IMG/VR virus record: IMGVR_UViG_3300038825_000737
Location: 1 to 56,283 of that record
Direction: 5' to 3' (one strand)
DNA length: 56,283 nucleotides
From: a virus
Taxonomy: Duplodnaviria > Caudoviricetes
Part shown: piece by piece, positions 20,716 through 30,013 of the stretch
How the letters are laid out: the number at the start of each line of letters is the position of its first letter
How positions within the stretch are numbered: position 1 is the stretch's first letter
The notes under the pieces: model-generated
What the model saw: only the letters and a program-made list of their open reading frames with translations
What the model was told of the DNA's origin: nothing
Database searches by the model: none
Made by a program: the position numbers and the translations under genes

Positions 20716-22245
20716 TTACAGACTTACTTCAGATAAGTCAAGCCAATTATTTCCTATTTTTAATTCTATACCAACTGGCATGTCATACTCTATGCCATAC
20801 CTACGTTTCGTCTCACTTGGCAAACACAACATAGCTTCAGATAATACTTTGATACATTGCTCTTCTTCGCTTGGATGCACATCAAGAACGATGGAATCAT
20901 GGACTGTGTTGCATATAACTGACTTCATTTCTTGCTTTCTCATCAGTCTATCTAGCCTTACCAACGCAATAGGCAATAGATCAGCCGTAGCGAACCCCTG
21001 AACAGGGTAATTACATATAGCAGTACGATTGGTAGCTGAACCCCATTCTGTCCACCTAGCGTCAGGAAACGAGTATTCTCGACCAGACGGCAATTTAACG
21101 AGTTTTGTAGTTACGGCTTCTTTCTCTAGCTGTTTGTGCCACTCACTGACTTGTTCGTACTTTTCTTTGAACCTTTGATAGTATTGTTGCTGACTACGTG
21201 TGCCACTCACACCACCGTACAAAGGTTTGAATGTGTGTGCTTTTGCTTCTTGTCTAGAGCAACCTATAATGGATGCTGTATAGCTGTGAACATCTGTGCC
21301 TTTTTCTACATCATCATACACTTGTTTATCTTTTGCAAGAAAGCCTGCCACCCTAAACTCTAACTGTGAGTAATCGCCCTCAAGTATTTTGCCACCATCA
21401 AATCTACTTTCAACAACCTTACGTATGGCAAACGTTGAACCACGTGGCATGTTTTGAAAGTTAGGATTACGACTAGATAGCCTACCAGTTGCAGTTACAC
21501 ATTGCATGAACTCAGGATGAATAAAGCTATCATCGTCTACATTGTTTTTCATGCCTTCAACAAACGTAGACAGATAGGTACGCAAAGCATTGTATCGTAC
21601 ATACGCTTCACAGAACTCACGAGCATTACCGTCTAGTTCAGATAGCCTATCTTCAAGAGTTACCTTGTCTGTCTTGAAACCTGCAGATGCAGTATCCCTA
21701 ACTGTGCGTGGTATAAGCTTGAACCCTGCCACCTCGCCAGTAGATGTGTAGACCACGCCCTTGCCTATACAGTCCTTGCATATACGCTTGGCTTTACCAA
21801 TGCTTCCGTCTTTCTTTAGTGGTGTTACTCTCCCTGATCCGTTGCACGGCTGACACTGACGACCGATAGTTTTGTACACAATGTCAGTCATACGCCTAAC
21901 CGACCGTACAAAATCTGTATTCTTCATGCGAGTTCGCATCTTTGGTTTGATTGTGTTGCCACGCATCTCGTGTCCTAGATTGAATGTCATCGACCACAAT
22001 GCTTTGTCTTTTACTTTGCGAGAGTAAAGCAACATGCTTTTGTCGTCAGGACTGGCTAGGTTGATAGGTGTGTCACCCATAGCTTCTTTTGCCAACTCAT
22101 TCAGTCTGTTCTCCAAGACGTGCATTTCATCTTCGTATTCTTTTTCTATTTGGTCTAAGGTATCTAGATTAATCTTCAATCCGTTGTGTTCTATCCTAGA
22201 TAGCACATCAGTCATTTCAAATGACAGTTTCAGTGTCTGTTTCAT
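20716..22245 (-). CDS. polA: DNA polymerase family A, polymerase part with DnaJ-like zinc-finger insert
   Basis: TATGRLSS, DYSQLEFR, RxxxKxxxFxxxYG, NYPVQG, VHDS; CQPCNGSG and CKDCIGKG; GAGGA RBS before ATG 22245. Confidence 0.92.
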   Translation of the reverse strand: MKQTLKLSFEMTDVLSRIEHNGLKINLDTLDQIEKEYEDEMHVLENRLNELAKEAMGDTPINLASPDDKSMLLYSRKVKDKALWSMTFNLGHEMRGNTIKPKMRTRMKNTDFVRSVRRMTDIVYKTIGRQCQPCNGSGRVTPLKKDGSIGKAKRICKDCIGKGVVYTSTGEVAGFKLIPRTVRDTASAGFKTDKVTLEDRLSELDGNAREFCEAYVRYNALRTYLSTFVEGMKNNVDDDSFIHPEFMQCVTATGRLSSRNPNFQNMPRGSTFAIRKVVESRFDGGKILEGDYSQLEFRVAGFLAKDKQVYDDVEKGTDVHSYTASIIGCSRQEAKAHTFKPLYGGVSGTRSQQQYYQRFKEKYEQVSEWHKQLEKEAVTTKLVKLPSGREYSFPDARWTEWGSATNRTAICNYPVQGFATADLLPIALVRLDRLMRKQEMKSVICNTVHDSIVLDVHPSEEEQCIKVLSEAMLCLPSETKRRYGIEYDMPVGIELKIGNNWLDLSEVSL

Positions 22246-22792
22246 ATAGTTCCTCAAATGTTAAGCCAAAGGCTTCTAGTTGTTTTACTGCAACCTCTTC
22301 TGTTGCAATCACGTCTGCTATTCCATACTCTTCTACTATCTCTGCAGGGATGTCGAAGAACGTTTTCCCCTCTTTAAGATACGGTGTAACCAAGTCCGTT
22401 TCTTTTTGGGTAACGTTATAGCGTTTTGCAAGAGCATCAAGTGCCAAAGACCAACGCCTTCCTTTCGACCGAAGATATTCTGCAACCATCGTATCATATA
22501 TCACTCCATCATATTTAAATCCACATGCACGTAACCACATGATGTCGAACTTTATGTTTTGTCCGACAAGCACGTCAGTTTTGTCCAAGTCATTTTGTAT
22601 TTTATTTACGGTTTCTGAATTGTACCACGTGTCTTTATCTTTGTGGTAGAAAAATTCATAGTTAACATCTTGGTTTAACAACCACTTCCAACCTATTGAT
22701 ACCAAACGGTTATTGAAGTAAGGCAAAGCAGTAGTACCACCACCTTGTCTGTCCTTGTGAGTAGTTTCTACATCTAAAGTTAACACGTTCAT
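22217..22792 (-). CDS. 3'-5' proofreading exonuclease (separate N-terminal part of PolA)
   Basis: LDVET (ExoI), GQNIKFD (ExoII), YDTM, YGIAD (ExoIII). Confidence 0.88.
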   Translation of the reverse strand: MNVLTLDVETTHKDRQGGGTTALPYFNNRLVSIGWKWLLNQDVNYEFFYHKDKDTWYNSETVNKIQNDLDKTDVLVGQNIKFDIMWLRACGFKYDGVIYDTMVAEYLRSKGRRWSLALDALAKRYNVTQKETDLVTPYLKEGKTFFDIPAEIVEEYGIADVIATEEVAVKQLEAFGLTFEELYETDTETVI

Positions 22793-24018
22793 TAGTAGTA
22801 AACTCCTCTTGCGATATCTATTTGGGCATTGATCATACCATGCCACCCATTGATTTTATTTTTAGATATACAGATATGTCTGACCACGTTATCCACTTCA
22901 CTTGAACCAGTCTTACCTATGCCGATTATTATGTCGGCTTCTCCTGCCTTGCCAGTCTTTGAGTTATCTAGCATAGCATAGTCAATGAACTGTCTGTCGT
23001 GAGCATCGTAACTGGCTTGACTTACTGCCCAAACAAGACACGTGTTACGCTTAGCTATCTCCCTTGCAGATACATAAGTTTCCTTGAGACGCTCATCGCC
23101 ACGATTGTATTCGCCTTTTATTCTGAACTTATCTAGCTGATCACAAAACATTATGTCAGGTTTGTTTAGCTTAGCGTACTCATCTACCTCTTCGATAGAT
23201 GTACCCACCGAATCCATGATAGTCAGATATGGTTCTATCTCTCGTTTGTACACCTCAAGCAATTCAAACCGTTGTGCTACCATATCTTCTTTTGTCAGTT
23301 CAAAGTATGACTGTATTATTCTTAATTTTATGCGTGCAGCAGGTTCTTCATTTGCCCAATACACCACTTGAAAACCCTGCTTTATGTAAGATGATGCAAG
23401 AAAGCAACAAAACGTTGTCTTACCTACTTCAGGTCTTGCAAACAAGATACCTAAGTTGCCACGATCTAAACCTTTGATGTTCTCATTTATTAAGTTGAAT
23501 GTGAATGGAAAATCATTGTCGCCTGCCACTTCTGTCAGCAGTTCGTTTAGATCTTTGTCAACCACAGTGTAAGTTGTTTTGTCACCTATCCTGCCGTCAT
23601 CTACACTTTCGATCAGCTTCTTTAACTCACCGAACTCATCACTGTCACCAGTGAATATGTCTAAGGCTTTCTCACCTATCTGTCTAGCTTTGTCACGTAA
23701 CCACAGATTGTTTACTATGTCAGTATGTAACTCATCACTTTCTCTTGGTGCAACGAGTTGTTCAACCATCTCTTGTACACGCTTACGTGCAGAGTCAGGC
23801 ATGGCAGGATTACGATCATTAAATATTGTTGATAGTTCAGACACAGATAAACTACGATTGTACTTCGTGTGTGAATAGACTATCGTGTCAAATATATCTT
23901 TTAGTTCATTGTCGAACATAGTCCGATCAATTTTATTTTTTACTTTGTTGAAGAAGTCAACGTTGAGACAGAAACCTAATACTTGTCTGTCAATCGATAT
24001 AACGCCTGATGAACTCAT
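22792..24018 (-). CDS. DnaB-like SF4 replicative helicase
   Basis: ARPEVGKT Walker A, NEE, DQL, SQ, EAD and KNK motifs. Confidence 0.88.
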   Translation of the reverse strand: MSSSGVISIDRQVLGFCLNVDFFNKVKNKIDRTMFDNELKDIFDTIVYSHTKYNRSLSVSELSTIFNDRNPAMPDSARKRVQEMVEQLVAPRESDELHTDIVNNLWLRDKARQIGEKALDIFTGDSDEFGELKKLIESVDDGRIGDKTTYTVVDKDLNELLTEVAGDNDFPFTFNLINENIKGLDRGNLGILFARPEVGKTTFCCFLASSYIKQGFQVVYWANEEPAARIKLRIIQSYFELTKEDMVAQRFELLEVYKREIEPYLTIMDSVGTSIEEVDEYAKLNKPDIMFCDQLDKFRIKGEYNRGDERLKETYVSAREIAKRNTCLVWAVSQASYDAHDRQFIDYAMLDNSKTGKAGEADIIIGIGKTGSSEVDNVVRHICISKNKINGWHGMINAQIDIARGVYY

Positions 24019-24772
24019 TTCTTTCCCCTCTTTCCATATCTTTCAAATCTTTGTTTAAAACAATTAATTTAGTTGGAACATAGTTCCGTAGTTTTCTCAT
24101 CATAATGTATGCCTTAGATGTTGCATCTTTGTCAAGAGCAACAAATACTTTTTCATATTTTTTTATTACATCTACATGCTCATTTAGTAATGTAGTTCCC
24201 ATTAGGGCGATCCCCTGACCAATACTTGCCACACTGCAAGCACTAGGGCAATCTTCCACAACAAAGGCAATAGTACCTCGACCACAAATATAAGGATACT
24301 TGCTATTTCCATATCTTCTCCATTTTGGTTTCCTTTCATTTAAACTCCTACCAGTTGCATCAACAATCTTGTTGTTGTGTTTAACTAGATAGACTACTCT
24401 CTCTTGTTGAAAGTCGTATCGTATGTCTGCTAATCCATTTAGGTAAGCATCATACGATCCAACTCTCTTAACATATGCTTCAGCTTCTTTGCTACGTGAA
24501 AGCGAAACAAACGTATCTGGAACGACAAACTCTGTGTCGCTTGTCTGTTTAGTAAAGCGTTCCTTAAATGCAACCTTTGAGTTCTCTTTTGTAAGTTGCA
24601 CTCCAGTTGAACCTTTTGTGTGGCAATCAGCGTGAAAGCAGTACCACAATCTTTCAAATCCTGTATCTGTTACACTAAAGGTGTTATGCCTATGACACAT
24701 AGGGCAATCACCCCTATAACGCCCATAAGATACAACATGTAAGTTTCCCACATAATTTCTTATCCATTCCAT
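23990..24772 (-). CDS. DNA primase (zinc-binding domain + TOPRIM)
   Basis: CPMC...CFHADC, VVED, ALDKDA; likely start MEWIRNY. Confidence 0.85.
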   Translation of the reverse strand: MEWIRNYVGNLHVVSYGRYRGDCPMCHRHNTFSVTDTGFERLWYCFHADCHTKGSTGVQLTKENSKVAFKERFTKQTSDTEFVVPDTFVSLSRSKEAEAYVKRVGSYDAYLNGLADIRYDFQQERVVYLVKHNNKIVDATGRSLNERKPKWRRYGNSKYPYICGRGTIAFVVEDCPSACSVASIGQGIALMGTTLLNEHVDVIKKYEKVFVALDKDATSKAYIMMRKLRNYVPTKLIVLNKDLKDMERGERNEFIRRYID

Positions 24773-24779
24773 TTCTGAA

Positions 24780-24850
24780 CCCTTACTACACAATAAAAAT
24801 AGTGTCAAACAAAAAAATAATTTGACGTAATTTTAAATCCGTGATATGTG
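24780..24850. promoter_or_regulatory. Divergent sigma70-type promoter pair (replication vs early regulator operon)
   Basis: TTGACA on minus strand (24808-24803) and TTGACG on plus strand (24822-24827), with an A-tract between; -10 boxes are degenerate. Confidence 0.55.
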
Positions 24851-24875
24851 TGTGAAACCCTTTGGGAGATACGCT

Positions 24876-25088
24876 ATGCCTAGACCAAATAAATTATTTA
24901 AAGAAACAATGTCATACAATTTGACAATAGAAAAAAAAGATTACGAGGAGCTAAAAAACTTCTCGACAAAAGAAACAAACACGTTTAACATGCAAGTAAG
25001 TATTGCAGATCTTATTCGTACATCTGTTAAACTTTACATAGAGGATTTACGTAAAGAATATGAAAGAAAAGAAAGACACAAAGACTGA
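24876..25088 (+). CDS. Ribbon-helix-helix-like transcription regulator
   Basis: MPRP start, beta strand SYNLTI, helix, then SIADLIR; next to the divergent promoters. Confidence 0.6.
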   Translation: MPRPNKLFKETMSYNLTIEKKDYEELKNFSTKETNTFNMQVSIADLIRTSVKLYIEDLRKEYERKERHKD

Positions 25089-25335
25089 CATAACACAACG
25101 TAGCGATGGTATGTGGATAGTCGATGCCAAGTTGTCAGCAGTAAGAATAGGATTACAAGATAAAGAATTTGTCAAGCGAGGACACAATCTAGATTACAGA
25201 TTATGGATTACGTGTTTTGTCGCTAAGTCAAAAAAGGCTTGTGTTGATTGGCAAAGAAACAACATGGATTACCTAGATAGGTTAAGTCAAAAGTATTCTG
25301 TGAATGTCAAACAATATAAGCAAAGCATCGGTTAG
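25060..25335 (+). CDS. Hypothetical protein
   Basis: ORF overlapping the regulator gene. Confidence 0.55.
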   Translation: MKEKKDTKTDITQRSDGMWIVDAKLSAVRIGLQDKEFVKRGHNLDYRLWITCFVAKSKKACVDWQRNNMDYLDRLSQKYSVNVKQYKQSIG

Positions 25336-25429
25336 TTTTTTCCTTTCGACTAATCGATGTTTTGAAAGCTATGTTTTCTCCTTAATGCTAGAGGGGAGTG
25401 ACCGTTAAAAGTCACTCCTCTTTTTTTTT
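25321..25429 (+). ncRNA. Candidate 3'-UTR RNA with anti-Shine-Dalgarno loops
   Basis: 16-bp stem with loop UUUUUCCUUUCG; second weak hairpin with UUUUCUCCUU; then a terminator. Confidence 0.45.
25391..25429 (+). terminator. Intrinsic terminator
   Basis: GGAGTGAC/GTCACTCC stem followed by T9. Confidence 0.8.
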
Positions 25430-25430
25430 G

Positions 25431-25460
25431 TTGACAGATGTTTTTAGTTAGTTGTATAAG
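25431..25460 (+). promoter_or_regulatory. Sigma70-type early promoter
   Basis: TTGACA-18-TATAAG directly after the terminator. Confidence 0.65.
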
Positions 25461-25489
25461 TTACCCTGAGTCAACAGAAAGGAAATATT

Positions 25490-25711
25490 ATGGCTAGGAC
25501 ATACAAAAAGAAAATACCAAACGTAACACACAACGGTATAATAAATGTGTGGGATTTTGTTTCATTTGAGGAATACCCAAACGAATATGGTAAAAGGATT
25601 TATCTAGATATACAAGGATTAGTAGATGCTTCGGAGCATGAACTACAAAGTAATAAAAGATATAAGAATTTTGAAGTTGAATCTTATGGTGTTAAAAGGT
25701 GGGGATGTTAA
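25490..25711 (+). CDS. Hypothetical early protein
   Basis: AGAAAGGA RBS. Confidence 0.6.
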   Translation: MARTYKKKIPNVTHNGIINVWDFVSFEEYPNEYGKRIYLDIQGLVDASEHELQSNKRYKNFEVESYGVKRWGC

Positions 25712-26860
25712 ATGAATTGGCTTAATTTATGTAGTGGTGGCGAGATAGGTCGCCAAGCAGTAAAAGAACTAGGACTACCAGTAACTAACTGGTTTAGTTC
25801 TGAGATAGATAAGTTTGCTATCAAGGTAGCCAAAGACAATCACGATGACATAACTCATCTAGGTGACATAAAAAACATAATGAAGTTTTGGGATTGGAAT
25901 AGGTTTCCAAAGATAGATGTCATTCTATGTGGGTCACCTTGTCAGGGATTTTCTGTGGCAGGCAAAGGTTTGAACTTTGAACACCCTCAATCGAAGTTGT
26001 TCTTTGAGTTTGTCAAGATATACAAATATCATTACAAACGTAATCCAAAGTTAAAACTGTTGTTTGAAAATGTCAGGATGAAAAAAGAATGGCAAGAGAT
26101 TATTGTCAGCACATTACAAGAGATAAATCCTAAACTAAAAATGCACATGATCAATTCATCTATCGTGTCTGCACAGAATAGAGTACGTATGTACATAACT
26201 GATTTTGAGTTTGATATACCTAAAGATAGAGGTATCAAGTTAAAAGACATAATCGAGTGTGGTTGTGTAGACAGAGAAAAGTCATACTGTCTAGATGCTA
26301 ACTATTGGAAAGGTGGCAACTTGCGAACTTACTTCGAGAAGTCACGTAGACAGTTGGTATTCAAAGATGGTTGTCAACAAGTTGGTGTAGCTGATCTGAA
26401 TGGACATGACATATTAAAGCGTGTCTATTCTGTCGAGGGAAAGTCACCTACATTGAATACTTGTGGTGGTGGCAATCGTGAACCCAAAATACTTTGCAAG
26501 TCTGCTTCGGTAAAAGGTAGACGTATTGATCAAGATGGAGTACGAAAGGATAACGACAAGTCTATTCCACTTGTACAGACACTTGAAGTTTACGACAACG
26601 ATAAGTCACGGTGTCTATCTACAGTAGACAAAGATACAGTAGTTTCACCATTACCTGTTGGTCGCTATCCACACGCTTATACAGATAGTGCTTTACAATG
26701 GCGTAAACTTACTGTAAGGGAATGTTGTAGGTTACAAACGTTACCTGATGATTATTGTAAATCTGTAAGCAACAGTCAGGGATACAAGATACTTGGGAAC
26801 GGTTGGACTAACGAAGTCATTAAGTTTATATTGAAAGGAAAAGCTAATGAAAGTAAGTAA
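25712..26860 (+). CDS. C5-cytosine DNA methyltransferase
   Basis: GSPCQGFS (IV), FENV (VI), QNRVR (VIII), RECCRLQT (IX), GNGW (X); motif I atypical (LCSGGEIG). Confidence 0.9.
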   Translation: MNWLNLCSGGEIGRQAVKELGLPVTNWFSSEIDKFAIKVAKDNHDDITHLGDIKNIMKFWDWNRFPKIDVILCGSPCQGFSVAGKGLNFEHPQSKLFFEFVKIYKYHYKRNPKLKLLFENVRMKKEWQEIIVSTLQEINPKLKMHMINSSIVSAQNRVRMYITDFEFDIPKDRGIKLKDIIECGCVDREKSYCLDANYWKGGNLRTYFEKSRRQLVFKDGCQQVGVADLNGHDILKRVYSVEGKSPTLNTCGGGNREPKILCKSASVKGRRIDQDGVRKDNDKSIPLVQTLEVYDNDKSRCLSTVDKDTVVSPLPVGRYPHAYTDSALQWRKLTVRECCRLQTLPDDYCKSVSNSQGYKILGNGWTNEVIKFILKGKANESK

Positions 26861-27593
26861 ATTAATTCATGATTTACATGAAAAGGTAGAATGGCTTGAG
26901 AAAGAAAATATCAAGCTTAAATCTAATGTTTCATATTCTGAAGATGATCTGAACAGACAGATTACTAATCTAAGAATTAAACAAAGAGAACTAGAGAAAG
27001 AAAATGTCAGGCTTGTCGCCCAGTTGGAAAATGATGAACATAACGTTGGGCATCTAGACGAGAAGATGAAGAGGTTAGACTATCTAGAAAAGGTATTTGC
27101 TTCTAATCGTTATGTCTTTACTGATATACCTAACACACCTGAGAACTTAAAGATGGTCAAGATGATGAAGAAGTATGTCAACAAAAGAAGATACAATCTA
27201 AGATGGCGTGGTCAATATCTTGTCGATGGAGAAAACTGGAAACAATATCAGTATGGACAACCACTGTCTAAGTCGAAATGTATTCGTGTCTACATAGATA
27301 GCTTAACTCATGCAATCGACACAGTTGAAGGATTTAACAGATCTGAAGTTGGCGTGATTACTGAGGGTTTGTGTTTGCTCATTGATTTATGTCAGGAGAA
27401 CATTAGGTCATGGGAAGATGGAGAACCTAACGAAGATGTCGATAACGAAAAGAAAACTTTAGAAATGTCAAAGCAATTACTTTCTTATTTTGAATCTATG
27501 CGACTACACCTTGAGAACTCTGCTTCAACACCTATCAAAGATCTTGTCAATATAGTTATACCAAAAGGTGACAAACCATGTCACACCAAATGA
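26847..27593 (+). CDS. Hypothetical early protein with N-terminal coiled coil
   Basis: GAAAGGAAAA RBS. Confidence 0.6.
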   Translation: MKVSKLIHDLHEKVEWLEKENIKLKSNVSYSEDDLNRQITNLRIKQRELEKENVRLVAQLENDEHNVGHLDEKMKRLDYLEKVFASNRYVFTDIPNTPENLKMVKMMKKYVNKRRYNLRWRGQYLVDGENWKQYQYGQPLSKSKCIRVYIDSLTHAIDTVEGFNRSEVGVITEGLCLLIDLCQENIRSWEDGEPNEDVDNEKKTLEMSKQLLSYFESMRLHLENSASTPIKDLVNIVIPKGDKPCHTK

Positions 27594-27772
27594 ATGACAA
27601 AGTGTTCGACACTATAAATGACAAATGGTTTATGTTGGGTCTAGATGAATTTAAAGATTGGCTAAAAACACATAGGCAAACAGATGATGTTGCTGATAGA
27701 GTTTATCTAGCTCTAGATTATCTAGAGGAGAAGTGGAAACAAGAAATGCTTGACAGTTATCCACACATTTAG
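27578..27772 (+). CDS. Hypothetical early protein
   Basis: AAGGTG RBS; overlaps the upstream gene. Confidence 0.55.
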   Translation: MSHQMNDKVFDTINDKWFMLGLDEFKDWLKTHRQTDDVADRVYLALDYLEEKWKQEMLDSYPHI

Positions 27773-27778
27773 TAACAC
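27750..27778 (+). promoter_or_regulatory. Putative early promoter
   Basis: TTGACA-17-TAACAC. Confidence 0.45.
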
Positions 27779-27808
27779 TCTTAATCTAAACAGAAAAGGG
27801 GAAACTTT

Positions 27809-27982
27809 ATGCAAGTTAGAGATCTAATTAAATTATTACAGAAACACAATCTTAATAATGAGATTGTGTTTTATAATTTAGAAAACCATAATCTATCACA
27901 GTACAATTTAGAAAGCATAATTGAGTGTACACTATCTAAACAAACTGAGATCACTACAACAAAGGAGAAAGTTGATGAGTAA
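27809..27982 (+). CDS. Hypothetical 57-aa protein (not in ORF track)
   Basis: AGGGG RBS; MQVRDLIKLLQK start; fills the gap and overlaps the next start. Confidence 0.6.
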   Translation: MQVRDLIKLLQKHNLNNEIVFYNLENHNLSQYNLESIIECTLSKQTEITTTKEKVDE

Positions 27983-28577
27983 TACAGATAGAATAAGAGC
28001 TTATTACAATCTGCACAAAAAGTGCTTCTCTGTACAAGATTACAAAACTGGTTTGGTTATCGAGCATACTGATAAGTTGTTCATGACCAATGCTATGTTT
28101 GTTGTCAGGAAATCAGGAAACGAAAGAGTAAAGAAAGAGGGCAAGAAGAATGTCCACGCTTTTGTAAATGGAATACGCCATGACAAACCAATCGACACTA
28201 ACCATTGCAATAACTATGAGGTTAAATACAATCCATACACAATGGACTTTTTCCACTACAAAAGAGTGATGCTTGAATTTAACGCTTGGCTACCAGTTGA
28301 TCGCCATTGGATCGGTAACGTTTGGCTTTTTATGTACGATAACAAACCAAACATCTATGCAGATATAGATAAGTTAGTATCACCAATTAGCTATGACAAA
28401 TCAAACGACACTAAAGGTGAACCAATTAAGGTAATCCAAGATGGTAATTGCACCAAAAAATACTATGAGGGTGGTGGCTTCGCTATGAGTATAGATCTTG
28501 AAAAATCAGGATATAATGAATTTTTAAGGAAGAAAAGAAAGCAGATAGAAAATAAAAAGAAACTTCTTGCTATTTAA
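27975..28577 (+). CDS. Hypothetical early phage protein
   Basis: AAGGAG RBS before ATG 27975; YYNLHKKCFSVQ...KKNVHAFV...YNPY. Confidence 0.65.
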   Translation: MSNTDRIRAYYNLHKKCFSVQDYKTGLVIEHTDKLFMTNAMFVVRKSGNERVKKEGKKNVHAFVNGIRHDKPIDTNHCNNYEVKYNPYTMDFFHYKRVMLEFNAWLPVDRHWIGNVWLFMYDNKPNIYADIDKLVSPISYDKSNDTKGEPIKVIQDGNCTKKYYEGGGFAMSIDLEKSGYNEFLRKKRKQIENKKKLLAI

Positions 28578-28637
28578 TCTAGATAGTTTAGAAGAATAAA
28601 TATGTTCAATTTAAATAGATAATGAAAGGAAACTTAA

Positions 28638-29645
28638 ATGAACTATATTGCTAATAACTTCAATCATGAAGTAAAAACTCATAGAGATTATACTGATGTT
28701 AGTTTTTATGAAGATAATTCCAAAATAACTAAAGTTGATATTGAATGTCTAACACCAATGTACGGTGGTGATGCTAGTCAGGATATATTAAAACCTACTA
28801 AATTAGAGGGATATTTTGGTTTATATAATTCTAGTTTGGATAAGTTATTAAACACTCGACCAGTTTCAAGTACTTATCAATTAGTTGCCCATCATGAGTT
28901 GTTTTCTGAACAAGCAAAGATACTTAGCCAATCTGATTTGCCACTAGATAACGTTACTATTAAAGATCAGCTTTACAAAGATGGATTACAAGCTCATAGA
29001 ACTATATTTTTTCATGATCTAGAAACTACAGTTTCCAATAATAAAGATAAGGTTTTATCTAGAATAGATATTTTTAATAGTTGTGATATGTCTTGGAGCT
29101 TTCAAGTTTTCTCAGGTGCGTATCGTGATCTATGTAGAAATACTTTAGTCTTTGGTGGGCAAAAAGCATACCATCAACAAGCTAAGCATACTAGAAACTT
29201 ATCTACTACTGCTCTTATGACTAAGGCAAGTATAGGTTTGGAGTTTTGGAATAACCAAAAGGATACTATGCTAAATTGGAGAGCTAAAGATATGAGTTTG
29301 GAACAGTTTGGACAGATCTTAAAACAAACTATCTGTAAAAAGAAATCCAAATCAGCAGAACTTAATTTAACCAATCCTGTAAATGAAACTAAGCTTAATT
29401 ATTTATTGGATAGGTTTGAAAAAGAAACGCCTGATCTAGGTAAAACTATGTGGGCAGGATATAATGCCTTAACACATTGGGCAACTCATACTGATGAAAC
29501 TATCGAGAAAGAAATCGATAATAAGTTAGTCAAGATTAGATCAGGTAAATCTACTGCTGATAAACCAAGCGTTCAAAGAACAAGAAATGATGAAGTAAGA
29601 ACTGTCATTGAATGTGATGCTTGGAAAGAAATGGAGATAGCTTAA
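28638..29645 (+). CDS. DUF932-like protein
   Basis: NSCD.S......GAYR.LC.N and WAGYNALTHWATH motifs. Confidence 0.7.
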   Translation: MNYIANNFNHEVKTHRDYTDVSFYEDNSKITKVDIECLTPMYGGDASQDILKPTKLEGYFGLYNSSLDKLLNTRPVSSTYQLVAHHELFSEQAKILSQSDLPLDNVTIKDQLYKDGLQAHRTIFFHDLETTVSNNKDKVLSRIDIFNSCDMSWSFQVFSGAYRDLCRNTLVFGGQKAYHQQAKHTRNLSTTALMTKASIGLEFWNNQKDTMLNWRAKDMSLEQFGQILKQTICKKKSKSAELNLTNPVNETKLNYLLDRFEKETPDLGKTMWAGYNALTHWATHTDETIEKEIDNKLVKIRSGKSTADKPSVQRTRNDEVRTVIECDAWKEMEIA

Positions 29646-29646
29646 C

Positions 29647-29745
29647 GTGAAAGGCTTAACTGAAACTATGGGAGTATTAATGTTCATTTGGAGAATATTA
29701 ATACTTCTTCTTATCGTAATTATTTTGTATGCAATTTTTATTTAA
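29647..29745 (+). CDS. Small membrane peptide, 32 aa (not in ORF track)
   Basis: GGAG RBS, GTG start, long hydrophobic run. Confidence 0.4.
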   Translation: MKGLTETMGVLMFIWRILILLLIVIILYAIFI

Positions 29746-29759
29746 TGAAAGGAAACAAA

Positions 29760-30005
29760 ATGAAAAGTAATCATGTAGATAAATCACAAATTAAAGTTTG
29801 TGTTATTTGTGCAGAAACTATTAAACCAAAGTTTCTTGGTTTGGATAATGACGGCAATAATCATTATTGGTATGGTGGAAACAATGCCCAACCAGTCGCT
29901 GACGGTGTGTGTTGTGATCATTGTAATAAGACTGTTGTTATTCCTGAAAGAATGACAAATATTCTGATGTCAAGAAACTTAGATAATTTTAATAAATTGA
30001 TATAG
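29760..30005 (+). CDS. Small zinc-finger protein
   Basis: CVIC...CCDHC; GAAAGGAAA RBS before ATG 29760. Confidence 0.65.
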   Translation: MKSNHVDKSQIKVCVICAETIKPKFLGLDNDGNNHYWYGGNNAQPVADGVCCDHCNKTVVIPERMTNILMSRNLDNFNKLI

Positions 30006-30013
30006 GAGTTAAC

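Noticed and set aside
27757-27765. Perfect DnaA box TTATCCACA in a promoter spacer
   Set aside because: A single 9-mer is roughly expected by chance in 56 kb of AT-rich DNA; no cluster of boxes
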